Shown here: positions 24,439 to 38,910 of the stretch, piece by piece
Layout: the number at the start of each line of letters is the position of its first letter
Position numbering within the stretch: position 1 is the first letter of the stretch
DNA from: Octopus sinensis
Lineage: Eukaryota
DNA length: 64,000 nt
Direction of reading: 5' to 3'
Assembly (NCBI RefSeq): GCF_006345805.1
Contig: NC_043022.1
Span: 9,486,001 to 9,550,000, forward strand
The notes under the pieces: generated by a model
The model's input: only the letters and a program-made list of their open reading frames with translations
What the model was told of the DNA's origin: nothing
Databases searched by the model: none
Translations under genes and position numbers: made by a program

Positions 24439-27161
24439 CCATATAAGATTTTTGGGGGTTCACATAATAAAATAGCAAATTGGTAATTCACAATAGTATT
24501 TTAAGGGCCTCTGAAAATTTTTTTAATTTAGGGTGACCCTATCAGTGCAGGTGTCCCTTAAAAGTACCCAGTCCACCCTGTAAGGTGGTTGGTGTTCAGA
24601 AGGGTATCCTGCTGTAAAATCCTTGCCAAAATTGACCTCACCTGTGCTTTGTGTCATGTAAAAAGCACTACTGATCTTGCCTGCGCATGTGCCACGTTAA
24701 AAGCACTAAGTCCACCTTGCTGAGTGGTTGGTGTTAGGAAGGGCATCCAGCAGTAAAAGTCATGCCAAAACAGTCACAGAGGTCTGGTGCAGGCTTTTGC
24801 CTGGTTAGCTCTTGTGAAACCCACTCATGCTAGCAATGAAGGCAGATGTTAAACAATGATGATGATGATGTATGTATTGGTATGTATGGCAAGAAACAGG
24901 TTTCTTTCTCTTACATTTCACATAGTCCAACCTACACAATGTGTGAAAAACAAAATAGGTATTTTGAAAGAAGTTTCACTAGTTTTAAACATTGAATGTC
25001 TATGGGGGTCCACGTGAATAAAATAGTAATGAAAGGGGTCCATAGATAAAATATGGTTGTGAACCCTTGCTATAAACATTATACTATATACATGGTACCG
25101 TATGATATTCTTGCTTGGTTAAGCTATACACATAACAACCAATAACAAGAGTGTGTCGGTATAATACTTAATTTTGCTTCATTCAGCTACATACTGTGAG
25201 GGAGAATACGACCGACCCTCCAACGTCTGTCTCCTTTCCCACTTAAACAGGAAATCCCTTTATCTGCCGACTAGCTCACTTCTAGCTAGCCTGCAGTGAA
25301 GTTCCTGTTTACAGTTCATCTACAATCGTTGGGCAGTGCCCTACAATATATTTTAAGAACTTCAAGTGGGTTAATAGGCGTAAAGCAGACTCTGTATTAA
25401 GTTTAAACTGTTAAATACAATTTAGTTCTTTACTTTTCATAGTTTGATTTATATTTCAAGTAGGTTTTTAAGCTGCTTCCAGAAAACTGGAAAATCCAGG
25501 AATCTGAGCCATTTCTGGTCTGAAGCTTGTCAGATAATTGATTTGGTACAGTATCACATAGTCTACAAAAACATAGTCTTCTTTAGGACCTATTGTTTCT
25601 GTATACCAAACTTCAACAGTACCCATTCACACTGCCACTAACTCTTCTTAATATTTTGCTTTTTGTTTACTATCAACCTGTCTTCATCATATTCTTTTTT
25701 TTTTATTTGTTTCAGTCATTTTGACTGTGGCCATGCTGGAGCATTGCCTTTAGTCGAGCAAATCGACCCCAGGACTTATTCTTTGTAATCCTAGTACTTA
25801 TTCTATCGGTTTCTTTTGCCAAACTGCTAAGTTATGGGGATGTAAACACACCAGCATCAGTTGTCAAGTGATGTTGGGGAGACAAACACAGACACATAAA
25901 CATATACACACACGTACATATACATATATATATATATTTTGTTTTTCCATTCCTGAGCATTATACTAATACATCTGTTGGTTTTGTACACCACCTGTCTT
26001 CATCTTTTGTTTTTTTCGTAAACTCTCCCTATATATATATATATATATATATACAGCAGGCTTCTTTCAGTTTCCATCTTTGGTCTGCCCGAGGCTATAG
26101 TAGAGGACACTTGTCCAAGGCGCCACGCAGTGGGACTGAACCCAGAACCATGTGGTTGGTAAGCAAGCTACTTACCACACAGCCGCTCCTGCGCCTATAC
26201 ATACTCTTTTACTCTTTTACTTGTTTCAATCATTTGACTGTGGTCATGCTGGAGCACCGCCTTCAGTCGAGCAAATCGACCCCGAGACTTATTCTTTGTA
26301 AACCCAGTACTTATTCTATCGGTCTCTTTTGCCGAACCGCTAAGTGACGGGGACGTAAACACACCAGCATCGGTTGTCAAGCAATGCTAGGGAGACAAAC
26401 AGACACAAACACATACACACACATACATATATACGACAGGCTTCTTTCAGTTTCCGTCTACCAAATCCACTCACAAGTTATTGGTCGGCCCGGGGCTATA
26501 GCAGAAGACACTTGCCCAAGATGCCACACAGTGGGACTGAACCCGGAACCATGTGGTTGGTTAGCAAGCTACTTACCACACAGCCACTCCTGCGCCTACA
26601 TATGTACAAAATTCTAATAGTTCATTTCTTATTTATATCAGTCACATATACTGTTATCCATCATTATAATTTTTACCAGTTTTATTATTACTATTGTGTG
26701 AGAGAACAGCGCATGCCATCACAGTGACACTGGGGTAAAATATACAAAGCCCAGTAAACCCATCATGACTACCCATCTGTTAAGGGTAAACCGGGCACAT
26801 GCATCACAACCATATGTGCATGACATGGTGATCTGATATCAAAATAAATAGTGCATGACTTTGCAGGTGCGGCCCAGTTAGGATTTTCTCCAGGTCGAGT
26901 AGCCCATCCCGCTCAAAAGGTCCCTGAATTAGGGTTGTTTAAGGATATTGAATGAAACATCCATGTTACCAAGGGAGAATTCTCCAAGCCCCAAAGAACT
27001 CTCAACAAATGGCTATAATGCTCCCCCACTACTTCTGTCCATGATCAGAGATACACATACTGTCAGCCACCATGGAACATGCTCAACTGGTTATGGTCAA
27101 ACAACTGACAAGCAAATCTGTGGTATTGAGCAGAATATTTACTGCAACACATCTTTTATAC

Positions 27162-27209
<48 letters not shown>

Positions 27210-27640
27210 CATTATTATCATTATTATTATTATTATTATTAATTTTAATGCCGCTGAAGTTGACTTCACCTTTCATCCTTTTGGGATCAATAAAATATGT
27301 ACCATGGTGGTAAGCTGGCAGAAATGTTAGCATGCTGGGCGAAATACTTAGCGGTATTTCGTCTGTCTTTACATTCTGAGTTCAAATTCTGCCGAGATCG
27401 ACAAAAAGAGACCGATAAAATAATAGGTTGAAAAAAATAAAATAAAAAATAAGTCCTAGGGTTGATGTGTTTGACTAAAACTCAAGGTGGTGGTGCCCCA
27501 GCATGGCCACAGTCAGATGACTAAAACAAGATAAAGGTATATATGCATATATATATATATATATATATATATTGATAAAAATGGTAAGACAACAAAAGAA
27601 AGAAAGAGACCTTGATATTATGTAAATAAAGGAATTTATC

Positions 27641-27800
27641 TGTAAATGTAATACGTGACAATTATTCGGTAGCCATGATAAAACTCCGAGTTTCGGATGG
27701 GCAGATAACTGAAAAGATGGCAGCGTGGATTTCCATCTCGGCATCCGAAACTCGGAGTTTTATCATGGCTACCGAATAATTGTCACATATTACATTTACA
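27641..27800 (+). mobile_element. Inverted repeat (~60-bp arms) with degenerate hammerhead at 27704-27764
   Basis: gataa-CTGAAAA-gatg...catcc-GAAA-ctcggag-TT-ttatc (G8 lost). Arms 27641-27699 and ~27742-27800. Confidence 0.55.
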
Positions 27801-28048
27801 TATATATCATCATCATCGTTTAGCTTTCCATACTGGCATGGGTTGGACTGTTCAACTGGGGTCTGGGAAGCCAGAAGGCTGCACCAGGCTCCGGTCTTAT
27901 CTGGCAATGTTTCTACAGCTGGATGCCCTTCCTAACGCCAACCACTTCGTGAGTGTAGTGGGTGCTTTTTACGTGCCACCGGCACAGGTGCCAGACGAGG
28001 CTGGCAAACGGCCACAATCGGATGGTGCTTTTTACTTTACATGCCACG

Positions 28049-28079
<31 letters not shown>

Positions 28080-28187
28080 ATTTGTACACATACACACATA
28101 TTTGTGTATATTTATACACACATATGTGTGTGTGTGTATATATGTATATATATATATATATATATATGTCTAGAGAACTCAAATGTA

Positions 28188-28278
28188 TTTTAGCTGATGA
28201 GTACGGGACACTTTTATCTGCTGCAATTTTTGCAACTTGTAATAAAGCCTGTCTTTGTATGAAACAATTGTACTAAAA
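28188..28278 (+). ncRNA. Type I hammerhead ribozyme with long stem II
   Basis: ttttag-CTGATGA-gtacgggaca...tgtctttgtat-GAAA-caattg-TA-ctaaaa. Confidence 0.75.
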
Positions 28279-28456
28279 ACCAATCCATTCTTGTTGCTTC
28301 TTTCTCGTATATATATATATATTTCCCTTCTTTCCTGAGCGTCAATAATACTTTAATTGTTCCACGTCCTGCGTTGCTGTGTTTTTTCTTTTTTTTTCCC
28401 TTTTTTTTTCTCTTTTTTTCCTCTTTTTTTCTGTGTTTTCTTGTTTGGATTAACTT

Positions 28457-28491
<35 letters not shown>

Positions 28492-28928
28492 GTATTCTTG
28501 GTCATAAACACATGACCGATAGAATAAGTACTGGGCTTACAAAGAATAAGTCCCGGGGTCGATTTGCTCGACTAAAGGCGGTGCTCCAGCATGGCCGCAG
28601 TCAAATGACTGAAACAAGTAAAAGAGTAAAGAGTAAAGAGAGTAGACCCGCCCACCCTATGGCTGAATCGAATACCGGGTTGATGCCCACTGCCAGTCAC
28701 ATTCAATTTTTAATATCAATTTTATGTAATTTTCCTCATTTTCCTTTTTTAACTCTTAATTTGTATTTTTATTTTCATTTCATATCATTTTATTTTATTT
28801 TATTTTTCTCTTTCCCTTTCCTTCTCCCGATCTCGACTAATCAACGCCGTGAATGGAAAAGCCAGGCAGCCAATGGCAGGCGACGTCTGATCGCCGAGTG
28901 CGGAGTCGTATCTAAACCAGACGCAAGG

Positions 28929-28955
28929 ATGGCCGCTATACCGCCGCTATCGCAG
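28929..28955 (+). CDS. Possible first coding exon (MAAIPPLSQ) of an unidentified long-intron gene
   Basis: Locally CpG-rich unique sequence, CCAAT at ~28870, Kozak-like aagg-ATG-G, phase-0 donor CAG|GTAAAA. Confidence 0.35.
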
Positions 28956-29376
28956 GTAAAACGGTTCACTCTTATTTCAATGTCGATAATCTATTCCCAT
29001 TATTGCTATTAGTATCATCACCATCCACCTGTCGACCACACAGTGTCAGATCTTCTTCATTAGCCGCCGCAATTGGGGATATTTCTTTAAATGACTTTGT
29101 ATTAAACGATAATGATCAGTGTTTTTTTTTTTTTTATCATCCCTCCACCTCTAAATATATTCATAGCAACACACTCGTGTATATTATATATATATATACG
29201 CATATTTATGTATATATATATATATACGCATATTTATGTATATACATAGACAGGCATGTATAGAGAGATATATATATTTATATCTATATAAATGCTGATA
29301 CGGTTGTCCGATGAATTTGACGACGACGATGAATATTTGCCTTCCATTTCACTTGCATTTATATATATATATATGT

Positions 29377-29419
<43 letters not shown>

Positions 29420-29667
29420 TACATACCCTCACATCATTTGTTAAGCCCCAAAACGTACAAAATTATAATATATATATATATATTATATATATATATATTA
29501 TATATATATTATATATATATATACGTATATGTGTATGTATAGGCATGTGTGTATATGTATATATTTATATATGAATGCATGTGTATATATATATCGGTGC
29601 TCCAGCATAGCCAGTCATTGGACTGAAACATGTAAAAGAAAATAAAAGAAATATATATACATGTGTG

Positions 29668-29699
<32 letters not shown>

Positions 29700-29730
29700 A
29701 ATATATATACACACACACACACGTACTTAA

Positions 29731-29761
<31 letters not shown>

Positions 29762-29793
29762 AAAATATTTATATACACACAACCACAACGTAC

Positions 29794-29853
<60 letters not shown>

Positions 29854-29912
29854 CACACACGTACATTTATATATATTAGATATATATATATATATATATA
29901 ATATATATATAT

Positions 29913-31053
29913 AGATCCTCTCTGTGCAATATAATTTATATATCCATCTATCTATCCATCTATCTATATCGGACAGGAATCACCAGAAATGATTTGATAT
30001 TTTGTTTTCTTCCTCTATTGGGGAGGGAAGATGCAACAATCGTTCTATTCATCCTGTTTGAACGTCAATGTCTCGCTTAATTGTTGTTCAGTATATTTGA
30101 ATTCAATAGAAACGATATTCTGTCCACCCGAATGCATCAGTTATTTTAGGTCTTGAAACGGATTCAAGTAGAAATTGGCAATCAACCGAAGTCTGGGGAA
30201 TTGCTTGTCATTGGTACCCACCCATCAAACTGAACAACATCACCACACAGAGTAGCCTCTATGTGGTCGCTTGACCTTCTGAAACAGCACCAAACCTTCA
30301 TCAAAATCATAGCTAGCTATATTTAATGAGAAGGAGAAATTCTCTCTCTCTCCTCTCTCTCTACCACCACCATGGTCAATTTAGAATTGCTCTATCGTCA
30401 TGTGTTTGAAATTAAGAATATTGGATGGATGGTTGGGTGGTCATGGACGAGGGTCCTTTTATCAATGTTCTGTCTGCTTAACAACTCCAATGACAACTCA
30501 CTTATCAACTATGAAAGATAATGTTCATAATTTTCGCTTGCGTAGGCGCAGTAGCGAATTCTGAATTGAAGTTTAATCTAATATTATGTAATGTTATATA
30601 TATATATATAGGTGTGTGTATGCGTATATATGTGTGTGTATATATATATATATGTGTGTGTGTGCATGTGTATTTATGTATATTTATGTATTAATGTGTA
30701 CGTCTGAATGTATATTTGTGTATGTATATACAAATATATCTATGTTGTATGTACGTTTCTAAGTCGGCTATGATTCACTAGACTTCGGATCAAAGGCGTC
30801 CATCCATGATGTCCGCGTCTCTTTTCAGACAGAGATCGTATGTCTTCATATTATGCAATGTAGTCATAGAAGCTTCTTGTCAATGGCAGTAGAAGCAGTA
30901 TAAATCTCACCACCTTCCTGTATAAGTAGCATTGATTTTATAAAGGTATCTATTTGCTGTTATTTTCTGAGCCTCGAGCGACTGTGTAGAGTACCTCCTT
31001 TTCTTCTTCGTTTGAACGATTATACACAACATTTCATGTGGTGTGTGTGTATG

Positions 31054-31087
<34 letters not shown>

Positions 31088-32240
31088 ATATATATATAGA
31101 TCCTCTCTGTGCAATATAATTTATATATCCATCTATCTATCCATCTATCTATATCGGACAGGAATCACCAGAAATGATTTGATATTTTGTTTTCTTCCCT
31201 CTATTGGGGAGGGAAGATGCAACAATCGTTCTATTCATCCTGTTTGAACGTCAATGTCTCGCTTAATTGTTGTTCAGTATATTTGAATTCAATTAGAAAC
31301 GATATCTGTCCACCCGAATGCATCAGTTATGTTAGGTCTGAAACGGATTCAAGTAGAAATTGGCAATCAACCGAAGTCTGGGGAATTGCTTGTCATTGGT
31401 ACCCACCCATCAAAACTGACAAACATCACCACAACAGGAGTAGCCTCTATGTGGTCGCTTGACCTTCTAGAAACAGCAACCAAACCTTCATCAAAATCAT
31501 AGCTAGCTATATTTAATGAGAAGGAGAAATTCTCTCTCTCTCCCTCTCTCTACACACACACATGGTCAATTTAGAATTGCTCTATCGTCATGTGTTTGAA
31601 ATTAAGAAATATTGGATGGATGGTTGGGTGGTCATGGACAGAGGGTCTTTTATCAAATGTCTGTCTGCTTAACAACTCCAATGACAACTCACTTTATCAA
31701 CTATGAAAGATAATGTTCATAATTTTCGCTTGCGTAGGCGCAGTATCGAATTCTGAATTGAAGTTTAATCTAATATTATGTAATGTTATATATATATATA
31801 TATGTGTGTGTATGCGTATATATATGTGTGTGTATATATATATATATGTGTGTGTGTGCATGTGTATTTATGTATATTTATGTATGTATATGTGTACGTC
31901 TGAATGTATATTTGTGTATGTATATACAAATATATCTATGTGTGTATGTACGTTTCTAAGTCGGCTATGATTCACTAGACTTCGGATCAAAGGCGTTCCA
32001 TCCATGATTGTCCCGTCTCTTTTCAGACAGAGATCGTATGTCTTCATATTATGCAATGTAGTCATAGAAGCTTCTTGTCAATGGCAGTAGAAGCAGTATA
32101 AATCTCACCACCTTCCTGTATAAGTAGCATGTGATTTATAAAGGTATCTATTTGCTGTTATTTCTGAAGCCTCGAGCGACTGTGTAGAGTACCTCCTTTT
32201 CTTCTTCGTTTGAACGATTATACACACACATTTACATGTG
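29913..32240. repeat. Tandem duplication, period 1185 bp
   Basis: agatcctctctgtgcaat at 29913 and 31098. The copies differ mainly by single-base indels. Confidence 0.92.
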
Positions 32241-32252
32241 TGTGTGTGTGTA

Positions 32253-32296
<44 letters not shown>

Positions 32297-32516
32297 GAGA
32301 GAGAGAGAGAGAGAGAGAGAGGTTTGGAGGAATGTGTATATATTTATAGTTTCGGACGAATATGTATATATATGATATATATACCTATCTGTCTATCTAT
32401 CTATCTATCTATCTACCTGTCTGTCTGTCTATTATCTATCTATCTATCTGTCTGTCTATCTATCTATCTATCTATCTATCTGTCTGTCTGTCTGTCTGTC
32501 TCTGTCTATCTATCTA

Positions 32517-32561
<45 letters not shown>

Positions 32562-33349
32562 GTATGTATATTAAAGCTTTTAACGAATGTATATACACAC
32601 GCTTGGCTATACATGCACCTTGGACAACTATAATAATGTGTGTGTGTATATATGTATATATATATATGTCTGTTTGTGTGTGTAAACACCCTCCCCCGCT
32701 TTGGATATATACACTCCAAACAATTACCCGAAATTATCTTAACGACACTGATATTGTGTTGCTTTAGTTTTTAATTAGAAAAAAAAAACAACAAATTAAC
32801 GGCGATACAAACCACACGAACCCAAACCAAATGCTACTTTAGATGATGATGATGTTATGTATGTGTTATATTTCTGTAGTCCTTCTTCGACCTGTGACTT
32901 TCATGTGATTGATATTTACAAGCTATTTACACATCACTGAATTTTTTTGCCACTTATTATATTTAATAATATTTAATGCGGAATATTAATATATATTTGT
33001 TCCACATCCTCGCGTTGTTGTGTTTTTTAGTGCTTTCTTGTCTGGTTTTAACTTTGATTTCACTTGAATGAAACAGTTCTAGTCCTGTAGAAGCTCCTTC
33101 TATAAAATAAATTAATTTACTCTGCTATGTATTGAGTACCTTATTTACTGTGGTTAACCCCGACTCAACCGGGACTACATAACATAAATATATATATATA
33201 TATAATATATATATATATATCGTTCACTTCTAGAAGGGCAAGCAAGGATCCCATTTCATAATTTTCATATATTACTGGTTGGAATATATAATATTATATA
33301 TATATCTGATTTTATATATATCAACATAATAAATAATAGAGTGTGGGTG

Positions 33350-33396
<47 letters not shown>

Positions 33397-33443
33397 ATAT
33401 ATATATATATATCATCCACATACATATACAAAAACATAATAGA

Positions 33444-33474
<31 letters not shown>

Positions 33475-33533
33475 ATATATATATATACATACACACGCAC
33501 GCATACACACGTGTGTGTGTGTATTTATTTTAG

Positions 33534-33652
33534 GGATCTTTTCGGTTTGAACGGCAGTTTTTAACATAATTTCTAGGTAACTAAAAAATTTTTAACTTCG
33601 TATACTGGTAGAATGTGTTTATAAAACATCATTTTCTCTACCGAAAAGATCC
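33534..33652. mobile_element. Internally deleted copy of the 46067-46501 MITE
   Basis: Same left ~100 bp and ccgaaaagatcc right end. 8-bp TSD tattttag/tattttcg. Confidence 0.75.
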
Positions 33653-35097
33653 TATTTTCGTACATATACACACTTCGTATGTATATTGTATTTGTGTAGT
33701 ATATGTATATATACATACATTGTATGTACATATGTATTTTGTGTATGTATGTGTGTTTGTCCAATAATAAAACGTCATGTGTTTACAGAAGGCGTGGGTT
33801 CGATTCCCATTGGTAGTCTTCGACTTTTTCTATCCAAAGGGGATTTTGACCCAATATTTGCATGCTATTGTTCATAGCTTTATCTGCTCTCGAGTTCTAC
33901 AGTTATAAACGGGATTCTTTCTCGTTCTCTCGAAGTTTCTTAATTTCTTACGATGTGTGAGGAGTCAATAATGTGAACATTTCAGTAGTTCTTGGAACTG
34001 TTTATAAATTATTCTCCGAGTTTTTTCATTCATAAAATCGAAGCAAAAGGAGTAAAAAAAAAACCATAATAAACGAACCGACAAAGATGTCACAATGTAG
34101 TCTCTCAGTCCTGCTAGAAACACCAGCTAAGTTTCTTTCATGTCATACATTAACCATCTTAAATACGATAACTTCTAAGTTGATAATTTAGAAACCGTAG
34201 ATTGTACACTTACACAAGTGTACCCCAGCGATTTTGTTCCCTCATAACTTTCAGAAAAATTGGTATTTTCTATATGAAATATTCTACTACTGCTTTTCAG
34301 ATGGTGCTGAAAAGATTACGGTAATACCGGAATTGAATGTGAGGTGGGGAGAGAGAGAGAAACATTGGTGTGCGTAAAAATGAAACTTGAGATTTTATAT
34401 TTTGTAATGTGTCAGTATGTATGTGTGCGCCCATCAAATTTTTTTCACATTAAGTTCCAATTTAATTGTAACCCATTTGGAGAAGATTTCATTAAAAACG
34501 GACCCATTTATCTGAAAGTTATCATCGTTTAACGTCCGCTTTCCATGCTAGCAAGGGTTGGACGATTGACTGAGGGCTGGCGAACTAGATGGCTGCACCA
34601 GGCTTCTATCTTGATCTGGCAAAGTTTCTACAGCTGGATGCCCTTCCTAACGCCCACCACTCCGAGAGTGTAGTGGGTGCTTTTACGTGCTACCGGCAGT
34701 CAGGCGGTACTGGCAACGAACCTCGCTCGACGCCTCCTGTGAATTATCCCAAACTCCACCACCACCTTCTCCGAAAAAAAATTTTCGCTATAAATTCTAA
34801 TTGAATCGTAATCTACACTATCTGAAAGATATTTGTAGAAAATTTCATTGAAAAATTATCCTTTTGAAAGTTATGAGGAAACAAATTTGCGATGGGGCAC
34901 AATTGTGTAGGTATGCCCTTTTAGATACTTAACCAGAGATGCAATGATAAGAACTGACCTGAGGAGGCTAAATAATATCATTTGGATTGTTTTCCAAACA
35001 ATTCATGGGGATTATAAGCTAAGAAAGAGATAGTTTGAATTATTTTGTAACTCTGATTGATTATTTTGTAATGTCTGTTAATGTATAGCGCAGGAAG

Positions 35098-35498
35098 GAG
35101 TGGCTGTGTGGTAAGTAGCTTGCTTACCATCCACATGGTTCCAGGTTCAGTCCCACTGCATGGCACCTTGGGCAAGTGTCTTCTACTATAGCCTCAGGCT
35201 GACTAAAGCCTTGTGGGTGGATTTGGTAGACGGAAACTGAAAGAAGCCTGTCGTATATATGTATACATATATATATATGTATGCGTGTGTGTGTTTGTGT
35301 GTCTGTGTTTGTCCCCCTAGCATTGCTTGACAACCGATGCTGGTGTGTTTATGTCCCCATTACCTAGCGGTTCGGCAAAAGAGACCGATAGAATAAGTAC
35401 TGGGCTTACAAAAGAATAAGTCCTGTGGTCGAGTTGCTCGATTAAAGGCGGTGCTCCAACATGGCCACAGTCAAATGACTGAAACAAGTAAAAGAGAG
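35098..35498 (+). mobile_element. tRNA-derived SINE, family A (representative full copy)
   Basis: gtggctgtgtggtaag..ggttcagtcccactgc..ggcaagtgtcttc..(TG)n..cagtcaaatgactgaaacaagtaaaagag. Further copies at ~6600-6870, 7995-8392, 20801-21245 (+) and ~9375-9800, 13630-13780, 25700-26600, 40895-41210, 51555-52010, 62150-62465 (-). Confidence 0.85.
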
Positions 35499-36099
35499 AA
35501 TAATGTATGAGAAACTTAGTTGTTGAGTTTTGAAGAATATTTTCAGTTCTTACTTTGCAGTTTATAATCCTGAGCTACAACCATACAAACGAAGAAATTT
35601 ATGTTTCAAACAGGTAGCATGTGGAGCATGGTCATCCATACATACAGTCATGTCCTCTGCAGGTACCTGTGCCACATAAAATGTGTTGGTGCCACGTAAA
35701 AAGCACTCATGCTGATGCTACATGAATGCATTCCATGCTGGTGGTGTGTAAAAAGCACCCAGCACACTCTGTAAAGTGGTTGGCATGAGGAAGGGCATCC
35801 AGCTGTAGAAGCCATGCCAAAACAGACAGCTGGGGTCTGGACAGCTGCCAGCTCCTGTCAAACCGTCCAGCTGTCTGTTGTGGCATGGCTTCTGCAGCTG
35901 GATGTCCTTCCTAATATAACAACACACTCATGCAGGTGAGCACACCAAACGTAGAGTAATATGCTTCTATTAAAGCTGCAAAATTATTACAAAATTGTTA
36001 CTCAGAGTATCATGTTCCACCACAACTGTCTGACAAAGAGGAACAGGAAACTCTGAATAACAGTTTTGTGATAATTTTGCAACTTTAATAAAAGTATAT

Positions 36100-36136
<37 letters not shown>

Positions 36137-38349
36137 CGTAAAAAGCACCATCCGTCCGTGGCCGTTTGCCAGCTTCGTCTGGCACCTGTGCGGGTGGCAC
36201 GTAAAAAGCACCCACTACACTCACGGAGTGGTTGGCATTAGGAAGGGCATCCAGCCGTAGAACCACTGCCAGATCAGACTGGGCCTGATGCAGCCTTCTG
36301 GCTTCACAGACCCCAGTCGAACTGTCCAACCCATGCTAGCATGGAGAGCGGACGCTAAATGATGATGATGATGATTGCTCAAGAACACAACACACAGCTC
36401 GGTCGATTCCTGGACCGGGCTGTGTGTTGTGTTCTTGAGCAAGACACTTTACTTCACATTGCTCCAGTTCACTCTGCTGTAGAAATGAGTTGCAAAGTCA
36501 CTTGTGCCAAGCTGTATCGGCCTTTGCCTTTCCCTTGGATAACATCAGTGGTGTCGAGAGAGGAGGTGGGCATGAATGGACAACTGCTGGTCTTCCACAA
36601 ACTACCTTGCCCAGACTTGTGCCTTGGAGGGTAACTTTCTAGGTGCAATCCTATGGTCATTCTTGACCAAAGGTGGGTGGGTGTTTTTACTCTTTACCCT
36701 TTATATGTATATATATATATATATATATATGCCTTCTGCTATATCCCTGGACTGACCCAAATCCTTTAATGAGGATTTGGTTGACAGAAACATAAATGTA
36801 TGTGTGTGTGTGTATCTCTTTCTGTCTTGACATCGCATTATAGTTGTAAAATGATCAATCCCATATTACCTGCTTGAAAACAAGCAAGGTTATATACAAG
36901 TAATCATCATTTAATGTCTGTCTTCCATGGGGAGGATGGTTCACAGGAACTGGCCAGGTAGAAGACTACCCCAGGTTACTGTGTCTGTTTTGGCAGGGTT
37001 TTTACAGCTGGGTGCCCATCCTAACACCAACCACCATGCAGAGTGGACTGAGTGCTTTTTACATGGCACCAGCACAGATGAGGTCAGTCTTGGCATGGTT
37101 TTTACAGCTGGATGCCCTTCCAAATGCCAACCACTTTACAGTGTGAACTGGATGCTTTTTATGTGGCAGGGTCACCAAGTAACTTGCAAGACAAAGAAGT
37201 TCGAGAGGAGCAAGGGCATTTGAGGAGGGAAACTTGTGTTAGAGGATGAAAGATTAGAGTGTGAGATAGAGACAGGTGTGTTGTTATAATGGAGTAGACA
37301 TTGGAGGAGGTGATCTTTTATGAGATGAAGAAGGATCAGAGCGTGACAGAGAAATAGAGGGGCAGAAACAAGTGTTTTGCTATAGAGGAGGTACATGGTT
37401 ACCCAGTGAGCAGGAGAGAGAGAGAAAATCTCATAATGTGAAATTTTATGCATGGAAACAATTACTGAACATACACAGTACATAAAAACATGGGAATGAA
37501 TATGAACCATAATATTATAATAGTGGAGGTGCAATGGCTCAGTGGTTAGGGCAGCTGTTTCGATTCCCAGACTGGGCGTTGTGTGTGTTTATTGATCGGA
37601 AACACCTAAAAGCTCCATGAGGCTCCGGCAGGGGTTCTCACTCTCTCTTCCTGTTTCTTGAGTAATGCTGCGATGGACTGGCGTCCTGTCCAGCTGGGGG
37701 GAACACATACGCCATCGAAACTGAGAAACCGGGCCCATGATCCTGGCTAGGCTTGAAAAGGGCACATAAAAAAAAAAGCTATAATAGGGGACATTCCAAC
37801 CGTAGAAAATGGTTACTGTTTGAGAGGTGGGCATGGAATGAGAATTACTGGGAGAACAAGGGACAGTATCTTTTGTCTTATAGTTTACCTTCGTAATCGT
37901 CACCATCATCATAATCATTGCCATCATCATCTCTTGATGGATGAAGAACTTATCTGAAGTTGTTTGATGTTTATGGTGCATTATCTCTTTGTACAGCTCA
38001 TTATAAACTTCTCATTTCATGTTGTTCCACTCCCTTCATCTGTGAATGAGTAAACCTGCAATGAACTTGCATCCTGTTCAGGAGGAAAATGTTGTGGATC
38101 TTTGTCACTTACACAAAAGATAGGGTTGGTGCATAATTATTGTGGATTTAATTCAACAAAATCAATAACAATATTAAACAAAAAATCTTTAAATGATGGT
38201 CTGACTGCCTGCCAAGCAAATGGGAAGCAGTAATTGAAGTAGATGGTGAATATGCTCCGGAATAATCATTTAAAGATGTTTTTGTTACATGTTGTTATTG
38301 TTTTTGTTGAATAAAATTTGTTGAAAAAAATTATGCACCAACCCAATAG

Positions 38350-38910
38350 AAACTGGGTAACTAGCCCTATGTTGTGATTTTGGTCACTTACACTGCAAAC
38401 TGGGTAACCAGGCCTCTGTTGTGATTTTGGTCATTTCATTGCAAACTGGGTAACCAGCCCTATGTTGCGATTTTGGTCACATACAGTGCAAACTGGGTAA
38501 CCAGCTCTGTGTTGTGATCTTGGTCACTTACAATGGAAACTGGCTAACCAGCCCTGTATTATGATCTTGGTCACTTAAACACAGTAAAACCTGGGTAACC
38601 AGCTCCATGTTGTGATCTTGGTCACTTACATACAATGGAAACTGGGTAACCAACCCTATATTTTGATTTTGGCCATTTACACACAAGGGTAACTGGGTAA
38701 CCAGCCCTATGTTGGAATCTTGATCACTAACACATAACAAAAACTGGGGAACTTGCTTCATGTTGTGATCTTGGTCACTGACACAGAAAAGAAACTGAGT
38801 AACCAGCCATATGTTGTGATCTTGGTCACTTACAATGGAAACTGGATAACCAGCCCTATGTTGGGATCTTGGCCATTTACCCAAAATGAAAACTGGGTAA
38901 TCAACCCTAT
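38350..38910. repeat. ~42-bp diverged minisatellite, ~13 copies
   Basis: Unit approximately aaactgggtaaccagccctatgttgtgatcttggtcacttaca. Confidence 0.85.
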
